From positions 10,790,001 to 10,854,000 of the forward strand of contig CM075988.1 of the NCBI GenBank assembly GCA_038087875.1: a stretch of DNA of 64,000 bases, written 5' to 3'. Shown here piece by piece: positions 47,881 to 61,972 of this stretch. This DNA comes from Malacoraja senta. Its lineage: Eukaryota. Numbering within the stretch: the first letter of the stretch is position 1; each line of letters opens with the position of its first letter. The notes below the pieces were generated by a model. The model searched no databases, was not told the DNA's origin, and saw nothing but the letters and a program-made list of their open reading frames with translations. A program made the position numbers and the translations under genes.

Positions 47881-48722
47881 GTCAAAGTCACCAATGAACC
47901 TAATCTCCAAACAGCACAACGTCAAAGTTACCCCAAAGTTACATCAATGCCAACACGCAAAAATTTGGAAAATCTGCTCACTAAAGTGAATCATATTGTA
48001 TTTGATGGTGGAATTCCCCCAATTTTCAGGATTGAGATCTAAAAGTAATATAACAAGAACAATATTAATGGATCAGACGATGAGAATGTATGATAGGGGC
48101 CATGGGAAATTGCACCAGAATATTGCAACTTACAACAAATCACAGTGATTCAGCATCACATAATTTCAGGATAACAAAGGTTAGAAATAAGTTATTTCAG
48201 TACATCCATGAGTTATAGAAATCATTTCGAAAAAATATGAACTTGGCATTTATTTACATCCTGTTTAATGTCAGGAATATTTGGGTGAAAATCATTTGCA
48301 CCATATGTTCCAATTGCATATTTCTATTTTTTAATTCTACCAAATACTGAAAATAAAGCTGTTGTTGGGTTTATATTCGAACAATACAAGGGAGGTGAAA
48401 GGATGATAAATAAATTATTTTTTGATGAAGAATTCTAGAAGGCTAACAATAGCTGGTATTTTATGTGGAATGTTTATGGGATTTTAATGTATCCAAACGT
48501 GTCTCCAAATGTGTGACGTTGCATTTGAAGCAGTTTGTATTTGGAAGCATTTCAAAAAGACACTATTCTGAGGTTTCTTGATGAAGAGGGGAAATGTTTC
48601 AAGGATGCCCTAAAAAGACACTGGGACAGGTACATGGATAAGAAAGGTTTAGAGGGATGTGGGAATAATATAGGTGGACCAAAGGTCCTGTTTCCGTGCT
48701 GTATGACTATGACTCATTTACA

Positions 48723-49030
48723 TTTAGTTTAGTTTTGAGATACAGCATGGAATCAGGCCCTTCGGCCCAACGAGTCCATGACGCCCAGCGATTTCCGTAC
48801 ACTAGTGCTATCGTACACGCTAGGGACAGCTTACAATTTTTACCGAAGCCAATTAACGTACAAACCTGTATGTCTTTGGATTGTGGGACGGAACCGGAGC
48901 ACCCAGGGAAAACTCACGCGGTCACGGGGAGAACATGCAAACTCCATACAGACAGCGCCTATAGTCAGGAATGAAGCCGGGTCTCTGGCACTGTAAGGCA
49001 GCACTCTACCACTGCATCACCGTGCCACCC
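48723..49030 (-). mobile_element. HE1-type V-SINE, near full length
   Basis: Reverse complement of 25488-25797 from tail to head. Confidence 0.85.
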
Positions 49031-49229
49031 CGGGCCACCTGTTTGAAGAATTACAATATCACCCGACTCCTGGGAATACCTGGCCAGTCAAAGTGGAGTA
49101 GCGGATTTGGGGGTGGCCCTGGGAAATCGAGCCCATGTGTTTGGTGAATGCAGAAACACAGAGTGAATGACTGTGGCAGGTACTCCCTGCCTCTTAGTGA
49201 TGGAATCTGCTGTCCAGCTATAATGTCAT

Positions 49230-49682
49230 CAGTCATCTCAGGGCCTGGAGAGCCAGACCAGAAATAAGCTAACCATTTTAACTCCCCTCCCCATTCCCAC
49301 ATGGACCTTTCTGTCCCGAGCCTGCTCCATTGCTAGAGTGAGGCCACATGCACACTGGAGGAATAGCACCTCACATTCCTTTTGGGTGGGTTACAACCTA
49401 ACAGCGTGAACAATTAATTTCTCTCCTTCCCCTCTCCCCATCTCATTTCACCTGTATTCTTTCTTCTGGTTTAATAATTCTCACCTCTTCTGTCCTTTTC
49501 TCACACTTTTTTGTCCTTTAATTCCTGGACTTTCTCCAACAATTTGCCAATAAAAAAAACATTGTCCTGCCTTGGCTTCTCTCCCATGTTCCTTCCCTCC
49601 CACCAGCACACCAAAGTCAATCAATGAAGGGTCCAGACCTGAGACGCCACCTTTTCATGATCTCCAGAGATGCTGCCTGACT
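49230..49682 (+). mobile_element. Penelope-like element 3' fragment, degenerate
   Basis: Reverse-complement similarity to 54800-55130 (CATTTTAACTCCCCTCCCCATTCCCA...GAGGAATAGCACCTCACATT). Confidence 0.65.
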
Positions 49683-51302
49683 TTGTATCTTTTTTATTTG
49701 AGATACACCATCCTTAACTCCAATGAACTCTCAAATTAGAAAAAAAGTAGATTTGCAAAGGCACGGAGGAAGCACTAGAGACTAGGCAGAATAACTAGTC
49801 AGTCAACGAAACCAAATTATGAAATTACTAATGTGGCCACAAAGTGAAAAATGTTTGAATGAAACAATACAGAATTAAGAGAGCCAAAAGGAATTGCAGA
49901 TGCAAGAATCGTTAATAAAACTCAGAGTGCTGGAGTAACTCAATGGGTCAGGCAGCACCTGCAGAGGAAATGGACAGGCAGTTTATTTGGGTTGGGTCAC
50001 TTTTTATCAGGAAGATTGGAATTAAAGATAGAGAATGTCATATTTGGATTTTGAAAATTAATAATTAAATTCCTTTTGAATTAAGAGAAAAAATTTGAAA
50101 CTAAAAGGACTGGAATGGACTGGGTAAAAGAAACAAAACACTTTGTAAGAATATCTATGTTATGGGTAATGCTTAAAGGAAATTTGGAACAAGCATGCAG
50201 GTACTGGAGTCTTGATATTTGGTACTCAATTTCCTTCTGTATAAAGTGTGATGATATTCTTGTCCATATTACAAAGAGCACTACTAACTAAATGAAAAAC
50301 AGACAATTGCATGAGCTGTACATCATGTGGTGAATGAGCAAATAGAATAATGCAACTTTGAAATAGTAATATGATTAATACATTAGATAAATCCAAAAGG
50401 GTCATAAGATGATGTTGACAACTGAAGCTGGAAAAGGTCAACATTTCTTTGGATTACTGCAGATGAAGTACCCTAACATTAGGAGACTGGTGTGCATTAT
50501 AAAATTGATCATCTGGTCTTGGAAATCATAAAATGTGAAAGAAAAGATAAATAGATTACATTGGAATAGACTCCACTATGTGCGCTGATATAAGCAAGTA
50601 TTTGGAAAAGTAAACAAAAGAGTGGTGATTCTGTGTGAAATCTTAAAAAGATTTTGTTGTATATCTTGAGGAATAAAAAGTTAATGATCAAAATTTATTG
50701 TATTGTGGAGAATGATTCATAGCATTTTAAAAAGGAGTTTGAAGTGTCACAAGATGAAAGCATAACTTGTCTCATTTTGAGCTTCATATATTACAAATGC
50801 TTGTGCTTGGAAATAAGTGACAGCAACAATATCAACTTTTGCATAAATTTGGCAACCGGTGAAATGAACTTAGCCAATGAGATTTATTAACTATAGTATA
50901 AAAATAAATATTAATAATGCTTACACTTCAAACAAAGCAGGAACAGTTAAGTCAATAATACCTGTTTGTGAAAAATATCTTTGAAGCTAACAACTACAAC
51001 TGTTTATATGAAAATAATGTTTTCAAAGGATTCCAGATTAGAAAGCTCATTAGGACTTCTCTGTAACATCTACCTTTGATGTAGGCAAAATATTGTATAT
51101 AAAGGACCATAGTTTTCAATTGCACTTTGTTTGGTTCAGAAGATGGAACTACAACCAAAGCGAGTCTCTTAATGTGGATCTCTACTAATCATCAATGCTA
51201 CCTGTGATCTTTAAACTCATTCATCAAAAATTGTCATTAAACTAGAGAAGGAACAAGGTGGATTACCAGTTGGATATTAAAACTGGTGCACACCTAAGCT
51301 TA

Positions 51303-51572
51303 AGATGAAGGGGGAAAGATTTAATAGCAATCTGAGGGGTAGCTTTTTCACACAAGGAGTTGTGGGTGTATGGAACAAGTGGCCAGAGGAGGTCATTGAG
51401 GCAGGGACTATCCCAACATTTAAGAATCAGTTAGACAGGTACATGGATAGGACAGGTTTGGAGGGATTTGGACCAAATACAGGCAAGTGGAACTAGTGTA
51501 GTTGGGACATGTTGGCCAATGTGGGCAAGTTCGGCCGAAGGGCCCGTTTCCACGCTGTTTCACTCTATGACC
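51303..51572 (+). mobile_element. CR1/HER1 LINE 3' fragment
   Basis: FFTQGVVGVWNKWP...FKNQLDRYM and 3' UTR. Confidence 0.8.
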
Positions 51573-52329
51573 TGGAATCTGTTAGCATTGAGACGGGAAG
51601 GATATTGGCCAAACAGCAAAAAAGTGTTGTCCCAATACTTCTACTCGATAAGTGAAATAGCTAGTGCCCAAAGTAATGCTTCAAGTAAGGCCAAATATCA
51701 TGTCTGTAACATGATTAATTTGACAGATTGAAAATGTGATTTTCACAATGATATTGAATTAAAAATGGGACAAACACCCTTCCACTACATATTGATAGGT
51801 TTTTAAAATTTCACCAACCAGGGAATTCAGTCCGTCCTGACTCCAAATAGAAGGATAAACTAAACTATACTAAACAAATAGCTTGCTGGTGTTTGCAGAA
51901 GGGTAAAATCAATTGTCCTGCAAGTTCCCTCACGTTATGAGGGACTGACAGCCATGGCATAAGTCCCATAGATATCTGTTACAAAGCGGTACAATTAAGG
52001 AGACTCTGGAAAACAACTCCTGATTTTTCTCCTTATTCACCGTGTCAAAGTTGCACAGGACATTTCTCTTGTGGATGAAAATGACAAAGAGAATTAGCAT
52101 CCAAGCCATTATTTGGGGCGTATTTACTAAAGTTATTTGTTCATCCTCCCTCACCTTTCCCATCAATCTATCACCAACCAGCCTCACCTCTCTGTCTCTC
52201 TTTTACATACTGACTATCTTCCCTCTACACTTTTTGGTCCTGATGCAGGGTCTCAGCTCGAAATAACAACCATTTATTTTGCCTCCACAGTTTGCTTTTC
52301 CATTGTATTTATGCAATTATGAATTATTT

Positions 52330-52530
52330 TTCACAGTCCTTTTGTAAAAGCTATGTATAATTTATGTACAATTAATGTGTTAATTTACACATTAATTATG
52401 TATAAATTAATGTATATAATTATACATTAGAGATTCATACATGATTGTACTTGATATAGTAATATATGTATAATTATGCATATTAATATATAATAATTCA
52501 TTATATATTCATGTAAAATTTATTTTATTT
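52330..52530. repeat. AT-rich low-complexity tract
   Basis: Degenerate ATAATTATGT-like units. Confidence 0.7.
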
Positions 52531-53152
52531 GTGTGTTGTATGAGACTGTGTGACAGTGATGTTGCTGCTGCAGTGATTTTCATTGTACCCGTACCTCAGT
52601 GTACTTGTGCATATATCAATACACTTGACTCGACAATTATTTACCATTCTATCTTTCACATAAATCATTCTTAACCCATTCTCCCTGAAAGCCTCCAGCC
52701 AATCTTGCCAACAATTACTCATACCTCCTCGTCTCTTCCAATTTCATGACCATGCAGGTTCAGCCTACCTCATCTTTGTTCAACATCGATCTCAATAACA
52801 AACAGACCTGCAGCATCTGTACATTACAAAGCCAAAGATCTTTATCACTGCTGTGATTCTTACCACGGGTATTAGAGGCAAATATGATTAACATAATAGC
52901 TACACAAAATTTCACCCAGAATTTACGCTGTTTAGCTCTCCAACATGTCTTAAGGTTACAAAATTACAACTAATCCAAATAAAATCCTCGCAAGGGACTT
53001 ATCGATACACGATGCCAGGCAGGAAGGTCATCCCCATGGTAAGCCATTGGCCTGACTGATATGGATGAAATTTGGCACATTATCTTGACCCAATGGGTAG
53101 ATAGTCAGAACCTTTATCCCACAGTGGAATGTCCAGGATTAATGGGTATAGC

Positions 53153-54299
53153 TGTAGATTGGTTATTGCATGTGTACCAATTATAATAGAGTAGCATCAC
53201 TAACCCCACCTTACTGTATGCTTTATATTAACACCCACTTCCTACATTAGATAGTCTTGGAAGCAGTGATGATGAATTAGCAACTAACAACCTGCTGTAC
53301 CGCTATATACTATGTGTTACAATTAAATATGACTTTAAACTCCAAGCTGTGTAATGTAATCATTTACATGGTGTTAGAATTAGGATCTCTAGAGACGGGG
53401 TCCTAGGCTCACCAGCCCAACGCCTGATGTCTAGGACAACATGACCTCCGATACCAATTGCCCAGCAGAAGCTGGTGCCACAGGTGTTTAAGCCAGCCGC
53501 GGTCCAGAAGCGCATCCAGGAGAAACACATTATCCAGAAACGATCATATGACAAGTCCAGCAATCTGCTGAAACTGCTACTGCAGGGCCAAGTCGTCCGT
53601 TTGCAGACTACTATGGGACATTCCCGTCTAGGTTTCGTTGTTGCCCCATCTAAGGAACCCCGCCCCTACCTTGTTGATGTCGATGGTGCCCTGTACAGAC
53701 GGAGCCGCCAACACTTGCTGCTTGTAAAATAACCTCGTCCGCCACCAGCCGATCCCTTTGCTCCACCTCGGATGTTCCAACCGTCTGCTGCTGCTGCCAT
53801 CCCCAGTCCCAGCATGTCCCGTTCTCCGAATCGACCGGCGGCCCTGTTTAACAACAACACTACCTCTCCCGCATGCTCACCCTATCGGTCGCCTAGAGTG
53901 CCCCCAGCTGCTTTCTCCCCTCTTGTTTCTCTGCCTCCCTCACTAACTTTTCTGGTGCGGAGGGAGAGGGGTTGGTCCGTACGCGTTCGGGTCGTATTAG
54001 TAGACCGCCTGACAGATACGGCGAGTATGTTTAAATTTGCGCGTCTTATATGTGCTTAACTATGTTCGCTCTTTATGGGCAAGGATGTAGATTGGTTATT
54101 GCATGTGAACCAATCATAGTAGAGTAGCATCACTAACCCCACCTTACTGTATGCTTTATATTAACACCCACTTCCTACATTAGGTAGTCTTGGAAGCGGT
54201 GATGATGAATTAACAACTGACAACCTGCTGTACCGCTATACTATGTGTTACAATTAAAGATGACTTTAAACTCCAGGCTGTGTAACGTAATCATTTACA
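53153..54299 (+). mobile_element. Miniature Gypsy-type LTR retrotransposon (internally deleted, TRIM-like)
   Basis: LTRs 53153-53368 and 54086-54299 (TG...CA), 5-bp TSD ATAGC, PBS TGGTGTTAGAATTAGGAT (tRNA-Leu-like), PPT GGGCAAGGA; interior encodes integrase C-terminus (SPAQRLMSR...QKRSYDK...PRPYLV...RRSRQHL). Confidence 0.9.
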
Positions 54300-54770
54300 A
54301 TAGCCTTAAGGTGAAAGGGGCAAATTTTAAAGGGGATGTGCCAGGGAAGCTTGTTTTGCGCAGTGACTGGTGGTAGCCTGGAACATGCTGCCAAGGTGGT
54401 GATGGAAGCAGCTATGACAGTGACATTTAAGAGGCACATGGAAGACTATGGATCACATACAGGTAGAGGAGGTTAGTTTATCTAGGAATCATGTTCGGCA
54501 CGACATTGTGGACCGAAGGTTTCTCTGTGGTACTGTTCTACATTCTAAGTGTGAGACGTTGCACTTTGGGAGGTTGAATGTAAGAGACTATACAGTTAGT
54601 AGCAAGACCCTTAACTGCATTGAAGTGCAAAGGGATCTTGGAGCCCAAGTTCATGGCTCACTGAATGTGTCAGCACGTGGATAGGATGGTAAAGGTGTAG
54701 ATGCTTGCCTTCAATGCTATGGGCATTGATATAAGAGTCAGGAAGTCATGATGCAGCTCTATAGGACTTT

Positions 54771-55850
54771 GACACAAAATGCTGGCGTAACTCACCGGGA
54801 CAGGCAGCATCTCTGTAGAGAAGGAATGGGTGATGTTTTGGGTCGAGACCCCTCGAAAGACTGATGTTAGGGGAGTGGGCGGAACAGAGGTAGAACGTAG
54901 TCAGAGACAGTAAGACTGGTGGGAGAACTGGGAAGGGGGAGGGGATAGAGAGGGAAAGCAAGGGCTATTTGAAGTTAGAGAAGTCAATGTTCATACCGCT
55001 GGGGTGTAAACTACCCAAGCGAAATATGAGGTGCTGTTCCTCCAATTTGCGCTGGGCCTCTCTCTGACAATGGAGTGAGATTGGGAATGGGAGGGGGAGT
55101 TGAAGTGCTGAGCAACCAGGAGATCAGGTAATTTAAAACGGACTGAGCATAGGTGTTCAGCAAAACGATCGCCAAGCCTGCGCTTCTTCTCGCTGATGTA
55201 GCGAAGTTGAAACCTGGAACAGCAGATGCAGTAGATGAGGTTGGAGGAGGTGCAAGTGAACCTCTGGTTCACCTGGAAAGACTGTTTGCGTCCTTGGATG
55301 GAGTCAAGGGGGAGGTAAAGGGACAGGTGTTGCATCGCCTGTGGTTGCAGGGGAAAGTACCTGGAGAGGGGGTGGTTTGGGTGGGTGGGGACGAGTTGAC
55401 CAGGGAGTTTCAGATGGAACAGCCTCTGCGGAAAGCAGGAAGGGGTGGAGATGGGAAAATATGGCCAGTAGTGGGATCACGTTGGAGGTGGCGAAAATGT
55501 TGGAGGATTATATGCTGTATGCGATGGCTGATGGGGTGGAAGATATGGACAAGGGGGACTCTGTCCTTGTTACAAATGGGGGAGGGGGAGCAAGAGCGGA
55601 GCTGCGGGATATCGAGGAGACCCTAGTGAGAACCTCATCTACAATGGAAGAGGGGAACCACCGTTTCCTAAAGAATGAGGACATCTCCGATGCACTGGTA
55701 TGGATCACATCATCCTGGGCGCAGCTGCGGCATAGATGGAGGAATTGGGAGTAGGGGATAGAGTCTTTACAGGAAGCAGGGTGGGAAGAAGTGTAGTTTA
55801 GATAGCTACGGGAATCAGTAGGTTTGTAGTAGATGTCGGTCAATAATCTG
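54771..55850 (-). mobile_element. Penelope-like element, 5'-truncated (RT thumb plus GIY-YIG endonuclease)
   Basis: TDIYYKPTD...YTSSHP...SIPYSQF; FTCTSSNLIYCICC...RYISE...RLGDRFAEH; TAGGACT duplicated at 54762-54768 and 55851-55857 in the host CR1. Confidence 0.9.
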
Positions 55851-56385
55851 TAGGACTGGTTAGGCCACATTTGGAGTATTGTGTGCAATTATGGTCACCA
55901 CATTACAGGAAAGACGTGGAGGCTTTGGAGAGGGTGCGGACAAGATTTACTAGAACGCCGCCTGGATTTGAGGGTTTCAGCTACAGGGAGAAGTTGAATT
56001 GATGGACAGTTTTCTCTGGAACATCACAGGTTGGGAGACTTGATGGATATATATAACATTATGAGAGGCACAGATAGGGTAGTCATTCAGAACTTTTTAC
56101 CCAGAGTGCAATTATCCAACACCAGAGGGCATAGCTATAAGGTGAGAGGGGAAAAGTTTAATGGAGATGTGTGGGGCAAGATTTTTACACAGAGAGTGGT
56201 GGGGGTTAGGTATGCAGTTCCAGTGCTGGTGATGGAGGCATTTAGAGGCTATTAGATAGGCACATGGAATTGCAGAGAATAGAGGGATATGGATCATGTA
56301 CCTGAAGGCAGATGAGATCAGTTTAACTTGGCACGATGTTCAGCATAAAGGGCCCATTCCGGTACTGTGCTGGTCTATGTTCTAA
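55851..56385 (+). mobile_element. CR1/HER1 LINE 3' fragment (continues 54540-54770)
   Basis: RPHLEYCVQ...TRGHSYKV...FTQRVVG motifs. Confidence 0.8.
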
Positions 56386-58019
56386 CTCCATTAAATGTTG
56401 CTCATAAGCAGCTGGGTTAATCCAAATTGAGTAAGGCAATGAAACAACACATGAATTTAAAGACTAAACTGAAAAACATAATAACCCCTCATAGAATGCA
56501 TGTTTATTATTGTATGCAGTGAAACATTAAAATGACATTTCATTGTGAGAGGACATTAAACTGTGAGCCCACCTCTATGTGTATGTGTGTACATGCTTGC
56601 ATGTACATTTGTATGTGTGGAGGCATACTGCCTGGAGGTAAGGAGATCATATTGGAAATACACAATGGTGTGGTTGACAATTTATATTCCGTGTAGTGTG
56701 CTGATTTGTACCTTACAGTGTCCATGAATTATATTTTAATTTTGTCTAAAAATTGAATATGCTGGGATTAATTGTGTTACTACATGAACATGTTGGGAAA
56801 ATAAGGAAGCTTTCACTTGTCTTTCAATCATTACAGGCTGTAGTTGAGTCTTTTCCTCCTCACCAGCAAAAAAGGAGCTGGTGCTCTGTGCTCTGCGCTC
56901 TTTATCTGATGAGTTTATGGATTTCAGTTATTTTCAGAGTGCCGAACATAGATTGTACATCTCACCGTGTTTACCCAACATATTATGTTTTATTCAAACC
57001 CTGACTCACCAGGTTTGGACTACAGCGCAGTTTCTAGTGTATGTTTTGAAGTGTGTTTAAAATAAATAAATAGTCCTGATCTCGCTGAAGTGGTAGAGAG
57101 CTGAAGAATCTTGCATCATGTGCGGTCATTCAGTTTATTCTACAGCCTTCAGCACAAATATAATGCCTGGAAATGCATCCCCAGTCAATGTCACTAAAAC
57201 CACAATATATACAGCAATGACAGCAAATGTTATCTATGAACTTTAATTTCATGGGCTTCACTGGAATTACCAAAGCAGAGTGGCAATGCTCTAATGCTAC
57301 TCTAATGTGCATTCAGCTGTGCCAATTAGGAGTACACTTCTACACATTTAAATCTTACAATGTATTGAATGAAGAATTAAAAATAACTTGGCAAGATCGT
57401 TGGAGAAGCCAGCTGGCATTTAACCACAAGACCAACAGTCTAACAGTGAAGGTTAACAACTATATAGCAAAAGAAAACATGTTAAGAAGGTGCATTGTCA
57501 TGGAGTATCACCTCGAGAATGAGAAAGGAAAGCAGGATCAGCTTGAGCAAAAATAGGCAATGGAAAAGTTGCAGTAAAACTAAAATAATATTTTTTAAAT
57601 CTCCAACTTTAATTTACTTTGTTTATGTGGTATACATTACTCCATTTCTGAACCAGAGTGGAATTTCATTAACAAATACTGCAATATTAATTAAATGAGT
57701 ATTTATGCTATTATTTATGAGACCTAACTTTCTGTGGCTGATTTAATGGGAAATTAATGAGCAAATCCTGCAAGCTCTTAAAAATGATGTGCTGGTTCAG
57801 GGCAAGGTGCCATTTATACAAAGCAGCACAGAGCAGCATAAATCAATCTGCTAATTCCAGTGAACCACAATACTCAATGATAGTCTTATTCAGAATTATT
57901 TTCCAGGAAGGCTAAATTTCTCTGTAACCCGATAGTTTTATACAGTTTTTTTTTTTTTGCGTAACTGAAGTTAAAACATGCAATAGGTCAGCCAATGAGG
58001 CACAACAGGGAAGGGTCAA

Positions 58020-59650
58020 GTCAGGCACAGCTGTAGTGATAGGAGACTTAATAGTTAGGGGACAGACAGGAGATTCTGTGGCAGCAAACGAGACTCCAGG
58101 ATGGTGTGTTGCCTCCCTTGTGACAGGGTCCAGAATATAGAATATCTCTGAGCCGCTGCAGAACATTCTCAAGGGGGAGTGGAGCAGCCGGACATTGTTG
58201 TGCATGTTGGCACAAAGGACAGAGGTAGGAAAAGATCCTGCGGAGGGAATACAGGGAGTCAGGTAAAAGGAGAACAGGAGAACCTCAAGGGTAGTAATCT
58301 CCAAATTGCTCGCAATGCCACGTGCTGATGACAATATGAGCAGGAAGACAGAACAGGTTAATATCTGGATGAGCAGTTGGTGCAGGGGGCAGGGACTCAT
58401 GTTTTTGGGCCATTGGGATTTCTTATGGGGCAGAGGTAACCTGTACAAGAGGAACAGGTTGCACCTGAACTGGAGGGAAACTAGTATTGTGGCAGGCAGG
58501 TTTGCGAGTGCTACTTGGGACGGAATCCAAAGCAGGAGTGAGATTGGTGAAAGGCTGGAAATCGATGAAAGTATTTATGTGGAGAGAATAGGCAGTCCAG
58601 CATGGCAGGGAGCAAGGAAGGACCTTTGGATTAACTTCCATTTATTTCAATGCGAGAGGCCTGATGGGTAAGGCAGATGAACTCAGCGTATGGGTAGGTA
58701 TGCACGACTGGGACATTGTGGAAACCTGACTAAGGGAGGGCCAGGACTGGGAGCTTAATGTTCCAGAGTTACAATCAAATCACAAATTTGATTGATATTC
58801 TTGAAACAGTAAGCAAGAAAGTTGATGAGGGCAATTCAGCAAGTTTTTTGATAAGGTTCCGCAAGATAGGCTGTTCTGGAAGATTAGATTGAATGCCATC
58901 CAGGGAGAGCTAACAGCCTGGATACTGAATTGGCTTCATGGAAGAAAACAGAGGCTGATGGTGGCAGGTTGTTTTTTGAACTGGAAGCCTGTGACCAATG
59001 CCTCACATATCAGTGCAGAGTCCATAGCAGTTTGTGTTTTTCATCAACGATTAAAATTAGAATATACAAGGCTTGATTAATAAACTTACAGATTAAAGTA
59101 GATGGTAGAGTTGATAACATTGGCCTTCATCAGTCAAGGTATTGAATATAGAAACAAAGAAGTGCAGATTCTGGTTTACAAAAAAAGAGACAAAGTGCTA
59201 GAGTAACTCAGCAGGTCTGGCAGCATATTTATAGAACATAGATATTTAATATTTTGGGTGAGGACCCTTGTTCAGTCTGAAAAACGGTCCCGACCCAAAA
59301 CATCATATATCAATGTTCTCCAGAGATGCTGCCTGACCCACTGAGTTACTCCAGCACTTTGTGTATTATTGATGCTGATGCTGGGATATTATGTTAAAGT
59401 TGTACAAGATGATAGTTATGCCATATTTGGAGTATTGGGTTCAGTTTTGGTCACCATGTTATAGGAATGTCATTAGATAGAAAGAAGATGGTACAATAAC
59501 AGCATTTAAAAGACTATTGGATGGGTACATGGATAGGAAATGTTTAGGGGGATATAGGCCAAATGTGGGAAAATGGGACTAGCTTAGATGGGGCATCTTG
59601 GTCGGCATGGACAAGTTAGTCTGAAGGACCTGTTTTTGTGATGTATGACT
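58020..59650 (+). mobile_element. Decayed CR1 LINE including the ORF1 SGNH esterase region
   Basis: VIGDLIVRGTDRRFCG...MVCCLP, HVGTKD, LHLNW (esterase blocks), then scattered ORF2 remnants (WILNWLHGRKQR); interrupted by a fold-back repeat at ~59150-59365. Confidence 0.75.
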
Positions 59651-59763
59651 ATAACTCGATGGAAAGCATATCAAATGTACAAATCATCAGATCATGTGAT
59701 AGGAGTAGAATTAGGCCATTCGGCCCATCAAGTCTACTCTGCCATTCAATCACGGCTGATCCA

Positions 59764-61374
59764 CAGTGCATTCAGAAAGTATTCAGACCCCTTCACTTTT
59801 TCCACATTTTGTTATGTTACAGCCTTATTCTAAGATGGCTAAAATTCATTTTTTTTTATCATCAATCTACACACAATACCCCCAAAATGAAGAAGCGAAA
59901 ACAGGTGTTTGGAAATTTTTGCAAGGTAATTAAAAAGATATAACTGAAATATCACATTTACATAAGTATTCAGACCCTTTGCTATGACACTCACAATTGA
60001 GCTTGGGTTCATCCTGTTTCCATTGATTATCCTTGAGATGTTTCTACAACTTGATTGGAGTCCACCAGTGGTAAATTAAATTGATTGGACATGATTTGGA
60101 AAGGCACACACCTGTCTATATAAGGTCCCACAGTTGACAGTGCATGTCAGTGCAAACTCCATGCCATGACAAGAAAGGAATTGTCCACAGACCTCCGAGA
60201 CAAGATTGTGTCGAGACACAGATCTGGGGAAGGGTATAAAACAATTTCTGCAGCATTGCAGATCCCAAAGAGTACAGTGGCCTCCATCATTCTTAAATGG
60301 AAGAACTTTGGAACCACCGGGACTCTTCATAGAGCTGGCTGCCTGGCCAAACCGAGAAATCGGGGGAGAATTGCTTTGGTCAGGGAGGTGGTCACTCTGA
60401 CAGAGCTCCAGAGATCCTCTGTGGAGATGGGAGAACCTTCCAGAAGGACAACAATATATGCACCAATCAGGCCTTTATGCTAGAGTGACCAGACGGAAGC
60501 CACTCCTCAGCAAAAGGCACATGACAGCACGCTTGGAGTTTGCCAAAAGGCACATAAAGGACTTTCCGACCATGAGAAACAAGATTCTCTGGTCTGATGA
60601 AACCAAGATTGAACTCTTTGGCTTGAATGCCAAGCGTCACGATTGGAGGAAACGAGGCACTGTTCATCACCTGGCCAATACCATACCTACAGTGAAGCAT
60701 GGTGGTGGCAGCATCATGCTGTGGGGATGTTTTTCAGTGGCAGGAACTGGGAGACTAGTCAGGATCGAGGGAAACATGATCTGAGTAAAGTACAGAGAGA
60801 TCCTTGATGAAAACCTGCTCCAGAGCATTCTGGACCTCAGACTGGGGCGGAGGTTCACCTTCCAACAGGACAACGACCCGAAGCACACATCAAGACAACA
60901 CAGGGGTGACCGTAACAATTCTGTGAATGTCCTTGAGTGGGCCAGCCAGAGCCCGGAATTGAAGCCGATCGAACATATCTGTGGGGACCTGAATATATCT
61001 GTTCATTGGCGCTCCCCATCCAACCTGACAGAGCTTGAGAGGATCTGCAGAGAAGAATGGGAGAAATTACCCAAATACACGTGTGTCAAGCTTGTGGCAT
61101 CATACCCAAGAAGTCTTGAGGCTGTAATCGCTGCCAAAAGTGCCTCAACAAAGTACAGAGTAAAGGGTCTGAATACTTATGAAAATATGATATTTCAGTT
61201 ATTTACTTTTAATTACTTTGCAAAAATTTCTAAACACCTGTTTTCGCTTTTTTTATTATGGGGTATTGTGTGTAGATTGATGATAAAAAATAATGTAATC
61301 CATTTTAGAATAAGGCTGTAATGTAACAAAATGTGGAAAAAGTGAAGGGGGCTGAATACTTTCTGAATGCACTG
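59764..61374 (+). mobile_element. Tc1-family DNA transposon (IR/DR type), full length, decayed
   Basis: ~215-bp TIRs starting CAGTGCATTCAGAAAGTATTCAG with an inner AAGTATTCAGACCC direct repeat; TA TSDs not preserved; sits in a CR1 3' UTR. Confidence 0.93.
60166..61171 (+). pseudogene. Tc1 DD34E-type transposase, frameshifted
   Basis: ELSTDLRDKIV...GYKTIS (paired-like), [43 protein letters not shown] spread over several frames. Confidence 0.92.
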
Positions 61375-61972
61375 ACCCCTCCTAACCCCATTCTCCTGCC
61401 TTCACCCCATAACCTCTGATACTTGCTCCACAGCCATCTGCGGCAAAGAATTCCACAGATTCACCAACCTCTGACTGAAGAAATTCCTTCTCATCTCCTT
61501 CCTAAAGAACGCCCTTTATTTCTGAGGTTATGACCTCTAGTCCTGGACTCTCCCACTAGTGGAAACATCCTCTCCACATCCACTCTATCCAAGCCTTTCA
61601 CTATTCTGTATGTTTCAATGAGGTCCACCCTCATTCTTCTAAACTAGCGAATATAGGCCCAGTGCCGTCAAACACACATCATATGTTAACCTACTCATTC
61701 TTGGGATCATTCTTGTAAACCTCCTCTCCAGAGCCAACACATCCTACCTCAGATATGGTGCCCAAAATTGCACACAATATTCCAAATGTGGCCTTACCAG
61801 CGCCTTATAGAGCCTCAGCATTACATCCCTGTTTTTGTATACAAGCCCTCTTGAAATAAATGCTAGCATTGCATTTGCTTTCTTTACTACTGATTCAACT
61901 TGCAGATTAACTTTATAGGATTCCTGCAACAGCACTCCCAAGTCCCTTTGCATCTCCGATTTCTGGATTCTC
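61375..61972 (-). mobile_element. CR1/HER1 LINE 3' fragment (tail continues at 59690-59763)
   Basis: QRDLGV...RPHLEYCVQFWAPYLR on the - strand. Confidence 0.85.

Noticed and set aside
55153..55754. 157-aa and 137-aa plus-strand ORFs
   Set aside because: Antisense shadows of the Penelope ORF.
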